Below, in pieces: positions 19,858-28,562 of a stretch of 64,000 bases of DNA. The stretch covers positions 1 through 64,000 of the forward strand of contig JAGGYF010000028.1 of the NCBI GenBank assembly GCA_021162685.1, written 5' to 3'. The position numbers were made by a program, and so were the translations under genes. How positions within the stretch are numbered: the first letter of the stretch is position 1; each line of letters begins with the position of its first letter. This stretch comes from Candidatus Iainarchaeum sp. (lineage in GTDB: Archaea; B1Sed10-29; WALL01). The notes under the pieces were generated by a model that was not told the origin of the DNA, did not search any database, and saw only the letters and a list, made by a program, of their open reading frames with translations.

Positions 19858-20748
19858 ATGATTGAATTTAGAAAAGAAACACCGATCAAACACGATTTTG
19901 ATAGGATTAAGTGTAGTTTTGTTGCTATTGATAAACCTGCTGGGCCATCATCGCATGAAGTAACTGCATGGGTTAAGAAGATTCTAGATGTAAAGAAAGC
20001 AGGGCATGCTGGTACGTTAGACCCAAACGTTACAGGAGTTTTACCCATAGCAATTGGAAAGGCGACAAAACTTTTGCAGGCATTGGCAAAATGCGATAAG
20101 GAATATGTATGCATAGCTAAGTTTGATAGGCAACCAGATAACATTGAGCAGTATTTTAAAGAATTTACTGGAAAATTTTATCAAACACCTCCAAAGGAGA
20201 GTGCTGTAAAAAAACGCATGAGAGTGAGAAGAATATACGAACTCAGGATATTGGAAAAGGAAGACACAAGGGTTCTTTTCTATGTAAAATGCCAGCATGG
20301 AACATACATAAGAACATTATGTTCGGATATAGGAGAGGTCATGGGAAATCCATGCAAAATGGAAGAACTCAGGAGAATAAGGGCTGGGCCATTTGATGAA
20401 AAGGATTGCTGTACGTTGCACGAATTAAAGGATTTTGGTCCAGAGAGATGTCTGTTACCTCCTGAGAAAGGTGTTTCCCACCTAAAGAGGATGATTGTAT
20501 CAAATAATGCTGTGTCCGCAGTGTGCCATGGAGCAAACCTTGCAAAGGCGGGTGTTGTTGCTATTGATGAGAACATTGAAAAAGGAGAGATGATAGCACT
20601 AATGACTGTAAGTAATGAATTGATTGGATTAGGAAAAGCACTGAAGTCAACCAATGAGATCGTAGAATCAAAAAAGGGCTTTGTTTGCTCACCTATATCC
20701 ATAATCATGCCAAAAGATATATACCCAAAGAAGTGGAAGCATGGCTGA
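19858..20748 (+). CDS. cbf5: H/ACA-guided pseudouridine synthase Cbf5/TruB
   Basis: DKPAGPSSHEV.AW, GHAGTLDP.VTG, GTYIRTLC, PUA domain. Confidence 0.96.
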   Translation: MIEFRKETPIKHDFDRIKCSFVAIDKPAGPSSHEVTAWVKKILDVKKAGHAGTLDPNVTGVLPIAIGKATKLLQALAKCDKEYVCIAKFDRQPDNIEQYFKEFTGKFYQTPPKESAVKKRMRVRRIYELRILEKEDTRVLFYVKCQHGTYIRTLCSDIGEVMGNPCKMEELRRIRAGPFDEKDCCTLHELKDFGPERCLLPPEKGVSHLKRMIVSNNAVSAVCHGANLAKAGVVAIDENIEKGEMIALMTVSNELIGLGKALKSTNEIVESKKGFVCSPISIIMPKDIYPKKWKHG

Positions 20749-21331
20749 GCACTATTTTACTGAGGAACCTACAAGTAAATTAAGAAAGAAAACGATCATC
20801 ATAGAAGTAAATGGAAAAATGTTGGAACTAGAAACTGCGTCTGGTGTTTTTTCATTCGGAAAGCCAGATACTGGTACACTGACATTAATAAGGTACATGG
20901 AACTCCCAAAACATGGAAAGATTTTGGACATAGGATGTGGCTACGGAATCATAGGGATTGTTGCTGCACTTGAAACAGATTGTGATGTTACAATGAGCGA
21001 TGTAAACAAAAGGGCATTGATGCTTGCAAAGAAAAACGCAAAAATGAATGGAGTTAATGTTAGAATTGTCCATAGTAATCTATTTGAAAACATTAACGAG
21101 ATGTTTGAGTGTATACTATCAAACCCTCCAATATCTGCTGGAAAGGATATTGTTTTCAAACTGATAGAACAATCATTTGAACATCTGAACAAGGATGGAA
21201 CATTACAGATTGTAGCAAGATCGAAAAAAGGAGGGAGAAGTATAAAACAGAAGATGGAAGAGGTATTTGGAAACGTAGAAACTATAGGGAGGCAATCTGG
21301 TTTCCATGTGTATAAATCTATAAAGTATTAA
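20741..21331 (+). CDS. RsmC-like small methyltransferase
   Basis: EHYFTE.P, SGVFS...D.GT, LDIGCGYG, SNPP..AGK. Confidence 0.9.
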   Translation: MAEHYFTEEPTSKLRKKTIIIEVNGKMLELETASGVFSFGKPDTGTLTLIRYMELPKHGKILDIGCGYGIIGIVAALETDCDVTMSDVNKRALMLAKKNAKMNGVNVRIVHSNLFENINEMFECILSNPPISAGKDIVFKLIEQSFEHLNKDGTLQIVARSKKGGRSIKQKMEEVFGNVETIGRQSGFHVYKSIKY

Positions 21332-21394
21332 TAGAGCAAAACACAAAAGGTATGAGGTTTCGGGATACACCTGCTACTACCATAGAAATCATTG

Positions 21395-21411
21395 AAGCTG
21401 GGGTCGCATAG
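21395..21411 (+). repeat. 17-bp duplication of the tRNA-Ser 5' end
   Basis: AAGCTGGGGTCGCATAG at 21395-21411 is identical to 21471-21487 (2 upstream bases plus tRNA positions 1-15). Confidence 0.95.
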
Positions 21412-21463
21412 GCCCAAATTACATATGGGCGTTCGTAGTGGGATACAAGATCCCACTATTAGA
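21412..21463 (+). repeat. structured tRNA-associated repeat, copy A
   Basis: GCCCA-AATTACATA-TGGGC GTTCG TAGTGGGAT-ACAAG-ATCCCACTA TTAGA; homologous to the copies at 41134 and 41249. Confidence 0.92.
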
Positions 21464-21472
21464 AAACCATAA

Positions 21473-21556
21473 GCTGGGGTCGCATAGCCTGGTAGTGCGC
21501 AGGCCTGGAGAGCCTGTTTCCTTCGGGATGCGTGGGTTCAAATCCCACCCCCAGCG
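21473..21556 (+). tRNA. tRNA-Ser(GGA)
   Basis: Acceptor GCTGGGG/CCCCAGC, anticodon arm CAGGC-CTGGAGA-GCCTG, long variable arm, T arm GTGGG-TTCAAAT-CCCAC, G73; CCA not encoded. Confidence 0.97.
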
Positions 21557-21650
21557 CTCTACTACTGGAGCTAATAGCGCCAAGAGAACCAAAAGCAATA
21601 TAAACAATTATTGTATAAACTTATAACGTATAATTTTATAAGGTGATTGA

Positions 21651-21923
21651 ATGGCAACTGCTCAGCAAGTACTGCATTATCCAAGGCTTGACACCGTGCT
21701 CATGATAGAAGATGCAATAAAGAAGGCAGGGGAGTATCCAACGAAAACACAACTGTGGAGAAGCCTTCCGAGGCAGGTGATGTACCGCACCTTCAACCTA
21801 GTTCTTGATTACTTGGAAAGTTCTGGGAAGATTTTGATTGACACAGATGGGAGGATTGTCTGGGTGTTTGCCGACAACCCAAAGCTCAGGAAACTTATCA
21901 AGGAAAGTGTGAAGGTGCGCTGA
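21651..21923 (+). CDS. putative winged-helix antitoxin
   Basis: HYPRLDTVLMIE, KTQLWRSLP..VMY.TF...LDYLE.SGKI; TGATG-coupled to a downstream toxin-like gene. Confidence 0.7.
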   Translation: MATAQQVLHYPRLDTVLMIEDAIKKAGEYPTKTQLWRSLPRQVMYRTFNLVLDYLESSGKILIDTDGRIVWVFADNPKLRKLIKESVKVR

Positions 21924-22267
21924 TGTACAGCGTGAAGCTGAGCCCAGAATTCAACAAAGAGTTTGCGAAGCTGCAGCAAAGAGCAGAGAAAGGTGGCGGA
22001 GAGGCCACTTATCTCATGAAAATAGTCAACAAAGGAATCTCAAGGATTGCCACGAAACTCACTGTAGGAAAGAAAGTTCCCAAAAAGCTCTGGCCAAAAG
22101 GATACATCAAAAAGTATGGCATAACTAACCTCTGGAAACTGGACTTGGACAAGCACTGGCGGATGCTTTACACGATAACCGGAGACCAGGCAGAACTCAT
22201 TGGAATCGTTCTGGATGTTATGGACCACAAGAAGTACGATAGGAAATTTGGGTACAAGACCAGCTAA
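21923..22267 (+). CDS. putative RelE-like toxin
   Basis: Basic; YGITNLWKLDL...WRMLYTI...LDVMDHKKYDRKFGY. Confidence 0.7.
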   Translation: MYSVKLSPEFNKEFAKLQQRAEKGGGEATYLMKIVNKGISRIATKLTVGKKVPKKLWPKGYIKKYGITNLWKLDLDKHWRMLYTITGDQAELIGIVLDVMDHKKYDRKFGYKTS

Positions 22268-22390
22268 CTCTTGGCACCGCTATACGGCATAGCGTAGCAC
22301 CTGGCAATTTTCCCATAAAATTGCGTGCCCCAGCGCTCTTTAAAGAACGTAATTCAATATAAATTGTTACAAATTATGATTGGTGGTGGA

Positions 22391-22636
22391 ATGACCCAGG
22401 TTGTCGTAACACTAAACAAGGAACTAGATAAAGTAGTGGGCATAATTAAAAGCATGTACGGTTTCTCATCCAAGAACAAAGCAATACAATTCATAATCAG
22501 GAGGGAAGCTGAGGAGCTTCTTGAGAAAGAACTAAGACCTGAGTTCGTGCAGAGGATATTGAGGTTGGAGAGAACTGGTAGGTTTAAGAAGTATGCTTCT
22601 TTAGATGAATTAAGGGATGAGGTAGAGTATGCATAA
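22391..22636 (+). CDS. antitoxin, DUF2683-like
   Basis: MTQVVV...VVGIIKSMYG.S.KN.AI...ELRPEFV; acidic C-terminus overlaps the toxin remnant start. Confidence 0.7.
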   Translation: MTQVVVTLNKELDKVVGIIKSMYGFSSKNKAIQFIIRREAEELLEKELRPEFVQRILRLERTGRFKKYASLDELRDEVEYA

Positions 22637-22689
22637 GCTTAGTTAAATTCTACGACTTTGACCACCATGATAAGGTGTATAAGAAGTAA
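22629..22689 (+). pseudogene. RelE/YafQ-like toxin remnant with large internal deletion
   Basis: ATG CAT AAG CTT, then in another frame VKFYDFDHHDKVYKK*, a typical toxin C-terminus; only 61 nt remain. Confidence 0.65.
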
Positions 22690-22823
22690 ATGCTCAATTT
22701 GTATCACTACTAGGGACGGTCCACAGCGCTCTACTGTTGGATTTTTCAAATATAATTGCAATGCAACTGTTTCCCAAATATATTTAAATACTATTACATA
22801 GGAAAAAACTGTTGGTGAGAAGA

Positions 22824-25586
22824 ATGAAAAAAGCCTTAGCAATCCTCTTGTTGGTTTGTGCTGCAGCAGCACTTCCAGACCTAGCAATAGAACGTTTTTC
22901 TCATGAGCTAGGTGAAGATTTTACAGTAAGCTTTACTGCTGTAATTACAAACAAAGGGACTAACTCAACAGAATCCTGTATAATGGCTTTTTCCCAGGAT
23001 GAAGAATGGGCAAATAATAAAATAATAACTATTGGCGCTCTTGAACCAGGCCAGTCCCAAAAAATCAACTGGCAATGGGAGTACTATGAGCCAGGTGAAA
23101 AAAAGCCAGGCATTTTTGTTGACGCATTTAATCCTGAATGCCAATGCTATCAAGGACCTGGTCATGCTGGAAGCATTGAAGAAGAAAACGAGGAAAACAA
23201 TGTCGCTTATCTGAGTTTTGAACTTGAAGCAGAGAATAAGCCGCCAGTAGCGATACTTGCTGTTCCAGTAAGTGTTTGCTTAGAAGGAGGAGAATGCACT
23301 CCTCCTTGCTCAGTTGGCAAGCCATGCAGGTTTGATTGCTCGCAAAGCTACGACCCTGACGGCTTTATTAGCTGTTGGAGCATTGAATTCGGTGATGGAA
23401 CAGCCCAAGCGTCAGAATGCGCAGCAGAAAAAGAAAACAAGCCTGGCGTGATCGAGCACAGCTACACTAAACCAGGAATCTACGAAGTCAAACTTACTGT
23501 CACTGATAACAAGGGAGCTAGTGGTTCAGCTACCGCAGGAATACAGGTCGGTGAAGTCACCAACCAGCCACCAGTAGCAAAAATAAGGCAAGTGGGCGAC
23601 TGCTATGCTTCCCAAAACTGTAATTTTGACGGGTCAAACTCTTATGATGCTGATGGGAAAATAGTGAAGTTTACTGTTGACTTTGGTGATGGTGAAACCA
23701 TTTCCTCAGAAGGCAGTCCAGCAGGGTTCGGGCATTCTTATTCAAGGCCCGGCACTTACGGAGTAACCCTCACCGTATTTGATGACAAAGGAGAAAAAGG
23801 ATACGATAAAATTCTTGTCGAAGTTGAAGAATCCCCACTAGAAGAAGGCGTAGTGGAACTAGCAAAATGCCTTGGAGAAAAAAGTGTCCTTTACACGAAT
23901 GATGTCTGTCCATACTGCATAAAACAAAAAAGGCTTTTTGGAAACGCTTACCAGTACTTAACTGTCATGGACTGCGGCATTGACCTCTCCTTATGCAAAG
24001 AAGTGAAAGGTGTACCGACTTGGGAGATAAATGGAGTTAAATACACTGGTTACAAGTCCCTTGAAGAATTAAAGCAATTGAGTGGGTGTGGGGTTCCTGT
24101 TGAGGGATTGTATGCAAAAATCGGGGAGGAGTTTACCCTCTCAATAAACCAGCCAGTAAAAATAGTAGACTATATTGACTCCCATGCAAATCCATTGAAA
24201 ATCACGCTACTAAGCATCAACCCGATCTGCCACCCTAAAGAACCGTGTCCCACTGTTATTCCTTATGCCCAAGTAAAAGCAGAGTTTAGTGGAGAAACCG
24301 AAGTGCGAAAGATTACTACTGGAAGTGAAATAAATTTATTTGGGGTTGTATTGCGCACCATTAGCGTTGACAACATAGCACCGGGGTCAGTAACGCTTGT
24401 TGTCAAAAAGCCAGGAGTTATGTACTGCGAGCCAAACGTGGAATACCATTTTACCAACAAGTGCAAGTGTCCAGAAGGAACAAACTTGGTGTGGTTAAGC
24501 CGCTCTGTTTTTGTCTGCAAGAAAGAAGAGATTGTCCATGCGCGGCTGGGTCAAGCCTTTGAACTAAAGCCCAAGCAAATAGCGAAACTAATGGATTATA
24601 GAGTCTTGACAATGCGTTTGGACAGCATTGTTTCTTCAGAAAACAAGAAAGCGGCTATTATCACTGTATGGCCAACATATGAGAGAGTCACCTTGGTGAA
24701 AGAGGAACCAATAACAGAAAAAGCAACAATGAGGCCTGTGACAGCCACCGCAGGCAAGGTAGTGACAGGTGTAAAAGTAGTACCAAGTATTACCAAGCCT
24801 GTTGAATCCCCACCAATTGTTCCCAGGCAATACCAAGTTTTAGAAGGAGAGTCAGTTAACGTGTTTGGAGTTAGGATGATGGTTAAAGAATTAACTGAAA
24901 GGTCTGCAGTATTTGTGATAACAAAGCAGACACCTTGGACTTCATGCGACCAAGCATGCAAGCAGAAGGGTTATGCAGGAGGACACTGCTCGTCAGCATG
25001 TACAGGAGTTAGCATCGGAGAGGAGTTCTGTCCACAGCCAGTATTTGAAGCCAAAGAAGAGACACCCCCTCTTCCTCCAGTGCTGAGTTGCTGCTGCCAG
25101 CCAGAAGAAGAAACAATAAAAATTGTTATTCACAAGGGGTGGAACTTGTTCTCGATGCCTGGTGAAATAAGACCTGTATCAGAAAAGTGTGACAGCAGGA
25201 ATTGGAGGGTTTTTGAGTATAACAGGGAAACAAGAAAATTTGAGGCAGTCAAATGGCCTGAGATTGGCAAGGCTTATTGGCTTTATGCTGACAAGCCCTG
25301 CACTGCAGAAGTGAGAATATCAAAACCTGTTTTGCTGGAAGAACTTGAGGGTATTTTGCCTGGTTGGAACCTCGTGCCAGTAGTTCCTGATATGATTGGA
25401 AAATCCCTTGAAGAATTAAGTGATTGTACTGGGCTGAAGGTTTACACATACGATACCAGCAGCAGGAAGTGGATAAAAGTGGATAAAATAACAGAAGAAT
25501 TCTATGGAAGGGGTCTGGCAGTAAAATCAGAGCTCAAATGCTCTTTTAACACACTGCCTTCCATTCCCCCTTTCCCAGAGGAGTGA
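22824..25586 (+). CDS. large secreted surface protein: CARDB-like, 2x PKD, thioredoxin-like (CPYC), Cys-rich modules
   Basis: Signal peptide; PDLAI...EENEENN; two S.D.DG...FGDG...HSY..PG.Y.V.LTV.D repeats; CPYC...GVPTW; two GWNL repeats near the C-terminus. Confidence 0.85.
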   Translation: MKKALAILLLVCAAAALPDLAIERFSHELGEDFTVSFTAVITNKGTNSTESCIMAFSQDEEWANNKIITIGALEPGQSQKINWQWEYYEPGEKKPGIFVDAFNPECQCYQGPGHAGSIEEENEENNVAYLSFELEAENKPPVAILAVPVSVCLEGGECTPPCSVGKPCRFDCSQSYDPDGFISCWSIEFGDGTAQASECAAEKENKPGVIEHSYTKPGIYEVKLTVTDNKGASGSATAGIQVGEVTNQPPVAKIRQVGDCYASQNCNFDGSNSYDADGKIVKFTVDFGDGETISSEGSPAGFGHSYSRPGTYGVTLTVFDDKGEKGYDKILVEVEESPLEEGVVELAKCLGEKSVLYTNDVCPYCIKQKRLFGNAYQYLTVMDCGIDLSLCKEVKGVPTWEINGVKYTGYKSLEELKQLSGCGVPVEGLYAKIGEEFTLSINQPVKIVDYIDSHANPLKITLLSINPICHPKEPCPTVIPYAQVKAEFSGETEVRKITTGSEINLFGVVLRTISVDNIAPGSVTLVVKKPGVMYCEPNVEYHFTNKCKCPEGTNLVWLSRSVFVCKKEEIVHARLGQAFELKPKQIAKLMDYRVLTMRLDSIVSSENKKAAIITVWPTYERVTLVKEEPITEKATMRPVTATAGKVVTGVKVVPSITKPVESPPIVPRQYQVLEGESVNVFGVRMMVKELTERSAVFVITKQTPWTSCDQACKQKGYAGGHCSSACTGVSIGEEFCPQPVFEAKEETPPLPPVLSCCCQPEEETIKIVIHKGWNLFSMPGEIRPVSEKCDSRNWRVFEYNRETRKFEAVKWPEIGKAYWLYADKPCTAEVRISKPVLLEELEGILPGWNLVPVVPDMIGKSLEELSDCTGLKVYTYDTSSRKWIKVDKITEEFYGRGLAVKSELKCSFNTLPSIPPFPEE

Positions 25587-25592
25587 TTGAAA

Positions 25593-25772
25593 ATGAAGTT
25601 AATTGTCTTGCTTTTGGTTTGCGCACTTTTGCTTACACTAGGGTGCGTGGAAGTGACAGAAGAAACACCATTAAATGAAACCAATGTAAGTGTTGAGGAA
25701 ACAACTGGAATCCCTACGCCAACTCCAGAAATGTGGAATGAGACAGCAGAGCCACCAGAGTTGCCGTTTTAG
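25593..25772 (+). CDS. small lipoprotein
   Basis: MKLIVLLLVCALLLTLGC lipobox, T/E/P-rich tail. Confidence 0.65.
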   Translation: MKLIVLLLVCALLLTLGCVEVTEETPLNETNVSVEETTGIPTPTPEMWNETAEPPELPF

Positions 25773-25819
25773 AGATTTCTTGACCCCACTTGCGGTGTTT
25801 CTTCAACTCATAGTCAGGC

Positions 25820-26223
25820 TCATAAAACAAGCAAAATCAGACTTATTGCCCCTAGTATTACTGCAAACAACTTTGTCGTAGTCAAACTCTCGTGAAAGAA
25901 CAATATACCTCCCACAACAGCAATGATAAACGAGAGGCTTCTTATTGTGGAGACAAGTGATACTGGCCCGATATGTATCCCATATAGAAATGAAAAATAT
26001 GCTATCCCCGCAACAACTCCTATCAGTATTATGAGAGGCAGTTCGTTTTTTACACCCATAATATCTGTCTTTCCGAGTATGAGTGAAAGAGCAAGAACTG
26101 TTAGAAACATAAATAATGTTATCCACGTTACGACGATGAATCTATCCCCTTTGGCAACTTGTATAATAATGTTAGGATACCATAGAGAATCATAGCAGAA
26201 ACTGCGGGGATTAACCAGTTCAT
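25820..26223 (-). pseudogene. EamA/DMT family transporter, frameshifted
   Basis: ATG at 26223 (TGATG overlap with ccdA-like stop) gives MNWLIPAVSAMILYGILTLLYK. The rest (...GPVSLVSTI.SLS....GGILFFHESLT) is in another frame, with the shift near 26140-26160. Confidence 0.7.
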
Positions 26224-27332
26224 CACAACACCCCCATAAGCAATGCAATTCCTAAACCAAGTATAATTATCCCTGCTACAAGGTGCAAGTGCCTAAGCTT
26301 TCCTTTCCTCCACTTCTCAACACGCTCTGGTGACAATCCTTTGTAAACCATAAATGTTATGAAAAGCATTGGGAGAATGAATATGGCATTATACAAAAGA
26401 AGCAACATAATTGCCAATGCCTGTGTTGCTCTTCTCGCTAATAATCCCAAAACAACAATATATGGACCACTTGTACAAGGCAACAAAAACAAACTGACAA
26501 TGAACCCAATAAAGAATGCACCTGGAGCACTTGTAACTGATTTTATTATGCGTTTTAGTGTTGGCCTCCATGACTGTGGGACTTCCATAACAAAGCCGCC
26601 ACCACCATATCTCAGATAATCTTTAATGTTTAGTAAACCAACAACAACTGCAAGTGCACCTACTATATAGTAAATGGTTCGCGTTGCACCTGCCCATTGT
26701 ATTGCAGAAAATAATCCTAAACCCATCAGAAAGTAAGAGATAAATATTGCTAATGAAAAAGCAATTCCTGCTTTTAACACCCTGAACCTATCACCAGCCA
26801 CAAGGATTGTTGTAAGTAGGATAATAAGGACTGCAAATGCACACGGATTTATGGCATCAACAGCAGAACCAGCAATAACTGCTGAAACCAGTGAAAGAAG
26901 ATTAACGCCCTCAACAGGCGATACCTCTTTTGTTGTAACGAATGTTGCATTTTCTATCTTTTCTCCAGGAGATGGACAGCCATATGTGATACACTCTTTA
27001 ATTGTATTTTCTATGGCTTTTGGTGTTGGTTCACCAAAGATACCACGTGGATCCCATCCAACAATGACTTTGTTACCTATAAATAACGTAGGCACTCCTT
27101 GTATTGTTGTGTTGTATGCTTCTGCAGTCCTTTTAAACAATGCCCGGTTTGTTGTGTTTCTGTATATCTCAAATCGCTCAGCATGGAACTCGGGGTATTT
27201 TGCCTCCATCTGCTCCAAAAAGGGCTCTTCTTTTGCACAATGCGGGCATCCTTGGCCCCAGAAGAAATATGCTGTTACATTATATGCAAAAACAGACGAA
27301 ATGAGCAATAAAAGGAGGAATTTTCCCTTCAT
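26223..27332 (-). CDS. thioredoxin-domain + CcdA/DsbD-like transmembrane fusion (cytochrome c biogenesis family)
   Basis: FWGQGCPHC, GVPT, DAINPCAF, LPCTSGPY, multiple TMs. Confidence 0.88.
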   Translation of the reverse strand: MKGKFLLLLLISSVFAYNVTAYFFWGQGCPHCAKEEPFLEQMEAKYPEFHAERFEIYRNTTNRALFKRTAEAYNTTIQGVPTLFIGNKVIVGWDPRGIFGEPTPKAIENTIKECITYGCPSPGEKIENATFVTTKEVSPVEGVNLLSLVSAVIAGSAVDAINPCAFAVLIILLTTILVAGDRFRVLKAGIAFSLAIFISYFLMGLGLFSAIQWAGATRTIYYIVGALAVVVGLLNIKDYLRYGGGGFVMEVPQSWRPTLKRIIKSVTSAPGAFFIGFIVSLFLLPCTSGPYIVVLGLLARRATQALAIMLLLLYNAIFILPMLFITFMVYKGLSPERVEKWRKGKLRHLHLVAGIIILGLGIALLMGVL

Positions 27333-27377
27333 AGTATCACTCCTTTTATTAATCAACCGAAATATTTATATATAATT

Positions 27378-27416
27378 TTGAATATAAATTCATTACTGTA
27401 TTGAATATATATTCAA
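27378..27416. promoter_or_regulatory. tandem palindromic operator in divergent promoter
   Basis: TTGAATATAAATTCAT at 27378-27393 and perfect palindrome TTGAATATATATTCAA at 27401-27416, just downstream of a TTTATATA box. Confidence 0.65.
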
Positions 27417-27430
27417 AAGGAGGTGAATAT

Positions 27431-27763
27431 ATGCCATATGGAGATGGAACAGGACCTTTAGGATTAGGACCAATGACTGGAAGAGGTCTTGGATACTGCG
27501 CTGGATATAATGCTCCAGGTTTTGTTTTTGGCCCAGGTTGGGGCAGAGGAAGAGGCTGGCGCAGAGGATGGGGCAGAGGATTTGGATGGAGGTTTTGGGG
27601 TGCACCATATTGGAGAGCACCATATCCACAACAATACTGGAAACCAACAAAGGAGGAAGAAAAGACCATATTACAAGAAGAACTAAAAGCTTTAGAAGAA
27701 GAAATGAAGGCAATTGAAGAGGAAAGAAAAGCCATCCAGAAAAAACTTGCAGAGCTGAAGTAG
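27431..27763 (+). CDS. DUF5320-like protein
   Basis: MP.GDGTGP.G.GPMTGRG.GYC, G/R/W-rich, C-terminal coiled coil. Confidence 0.85.
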   Translation: MPYGDGTGPLGLGPMTGRGLGYCAGYNAPGFVFGPGWGRGRGWRRGWGRGFGWRFWGAPYWRAPYPQQYWKPTKEEEKTILQEELKALEEEMKAIEEERKAIQKKLAELK

Positions 27764-28195
27764 ATGCCAAGACCAAGAAAACCCAGGTTGGTTGCAGGCG
27801 TCCCATCTATAACATATTTCAAACCTGCTGGCGTGCCTTTGCGTGGGGTTGATGAGGTAGTGTTAACAGTTGAGGAATATGAGGCTATAAAACTAAAAGA
27901 CCTCGAAGGAAAGACACAGGAAGAAGCAGCAAAAGAGATGGATGTATCGCAACCAACATTCTTTAGAATATTAGAAAGCGCAAGGAAAAAGATTAGCGAT
28001 GCAATTGTTAATGGAAAGGTAATACGTATAGAAGGAGGTAGTTATATGGTAGGAAGAGGAAGAATGGGAGGGAGCGCACTTGGACCAGGAGGTTACTGTG
28101 TATGCCCAAAGTGTGGATATAAGGTTCCACATCAGAGGGGTGTTCCGTGCTATAGTATGACATGTCCAAAGTGTGGAACACAGATGACAAGGTGA
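27764..28195 (+). CDS. DUF134 HTH protein fused to Cys-rich zinc-ribbon module
   Basis: MPRPRK.R, FKP.G, EYEAIKL.D...QEEAA..M.VSQPTF; tail [12 protein letters not shown]...H.RGVPC....CPKCG. Confidence 0.88.
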   Translation: MPRPRKPRLVAGVPSITYFKPAGVPLRGVDEVVLTVEEYEAIKLKDLEGKTQEEAAKEMDVSQPTFFRILESARKKISDAIVNGKVIRIEGGSYMVGRGRMGGSALGPGGYCVCPKCGYKVPHQRGVPCYSMTCPKCGTQMTR

Positions 28196-28199
28196 AAAG

Positions 28200-28562
28200 A
28201 TGAAAGTCATCAGGAACCCGAATTGGATAGAAGGAAAGGGCGAGATGAAATACAAGAAGAGGATTTTGATGGAGAATGTCCCACCTTCAGTTAATTTAAT
28301 AGAGGATGTTGTGATACCACCAGGTGGGAAGATCCCCTCACATGCACACAAGGCAACAACCGAGTTGTTTTATATAACAAGTGGGAAGGCAAGGATGAAA
28401 GTCCAGAATAAAGAGTTTGAGGTTAACCCAAAAGATATGGTTTTAGTTGAGGTTGGGGAGAGTCATAGCTTTATCAATAATTCAGATGAAGATTTTGAAA
28501 TGATAGTGCTTAAAATAAATTTCAGAAAAGATGACGCAATTTTATATGAGGTGAAAAAATGA
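28200..28562 (+). CDS. cupin domain protein
   Basis: PSHAH..TTELFYI.SG, GESHSF.N. Confidence 0.88.
   Translation: MKVIRNPNWIEGKGEMKYKKRILMENVPPSVNLIEDVVIPPGGKIPSHAHKATTELFYITSGKARMKVQNKEFEVNPKDMVLVEVGESHSFINNSDEDFEMIVLKINFRKDDAILYEVKK

Larger units (their letters stand above)
21549..22735. mobile_element. tandem TA mini-cassettes bounded by tRNA-Ser 3'-end repeats (att-like)
   Basis: CCCCAGCGCTCT at 21549-21560 recurs at 22328-22339; CAGCGCTCTACT at 21552-21563 recurs at 22724-22735. Each interval holds one TA module. Confidence 0.6.

Noticed and set aside
5629-21331. Many minus-strand ORFs rich in F/L/S/I opposite ribosomal genes
   Set aside because: They are antisense shadows of purine-rich coding strands, with no SD sites or recognisable motifs.
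21412-21463. Split or permuted tRNA piece (loop could read as a TAC anticodon, plus GTTCG)
   Set aside because: GTTCG is not enclosed by a T-stem, the loop is 9 nt, and no acceptor halves are present.
22261-22345. Integron attC site
   Set aside because: No RYYYAAC...GTTRRRY pair flanks the hairpins, and there is no integron integrase in the window.
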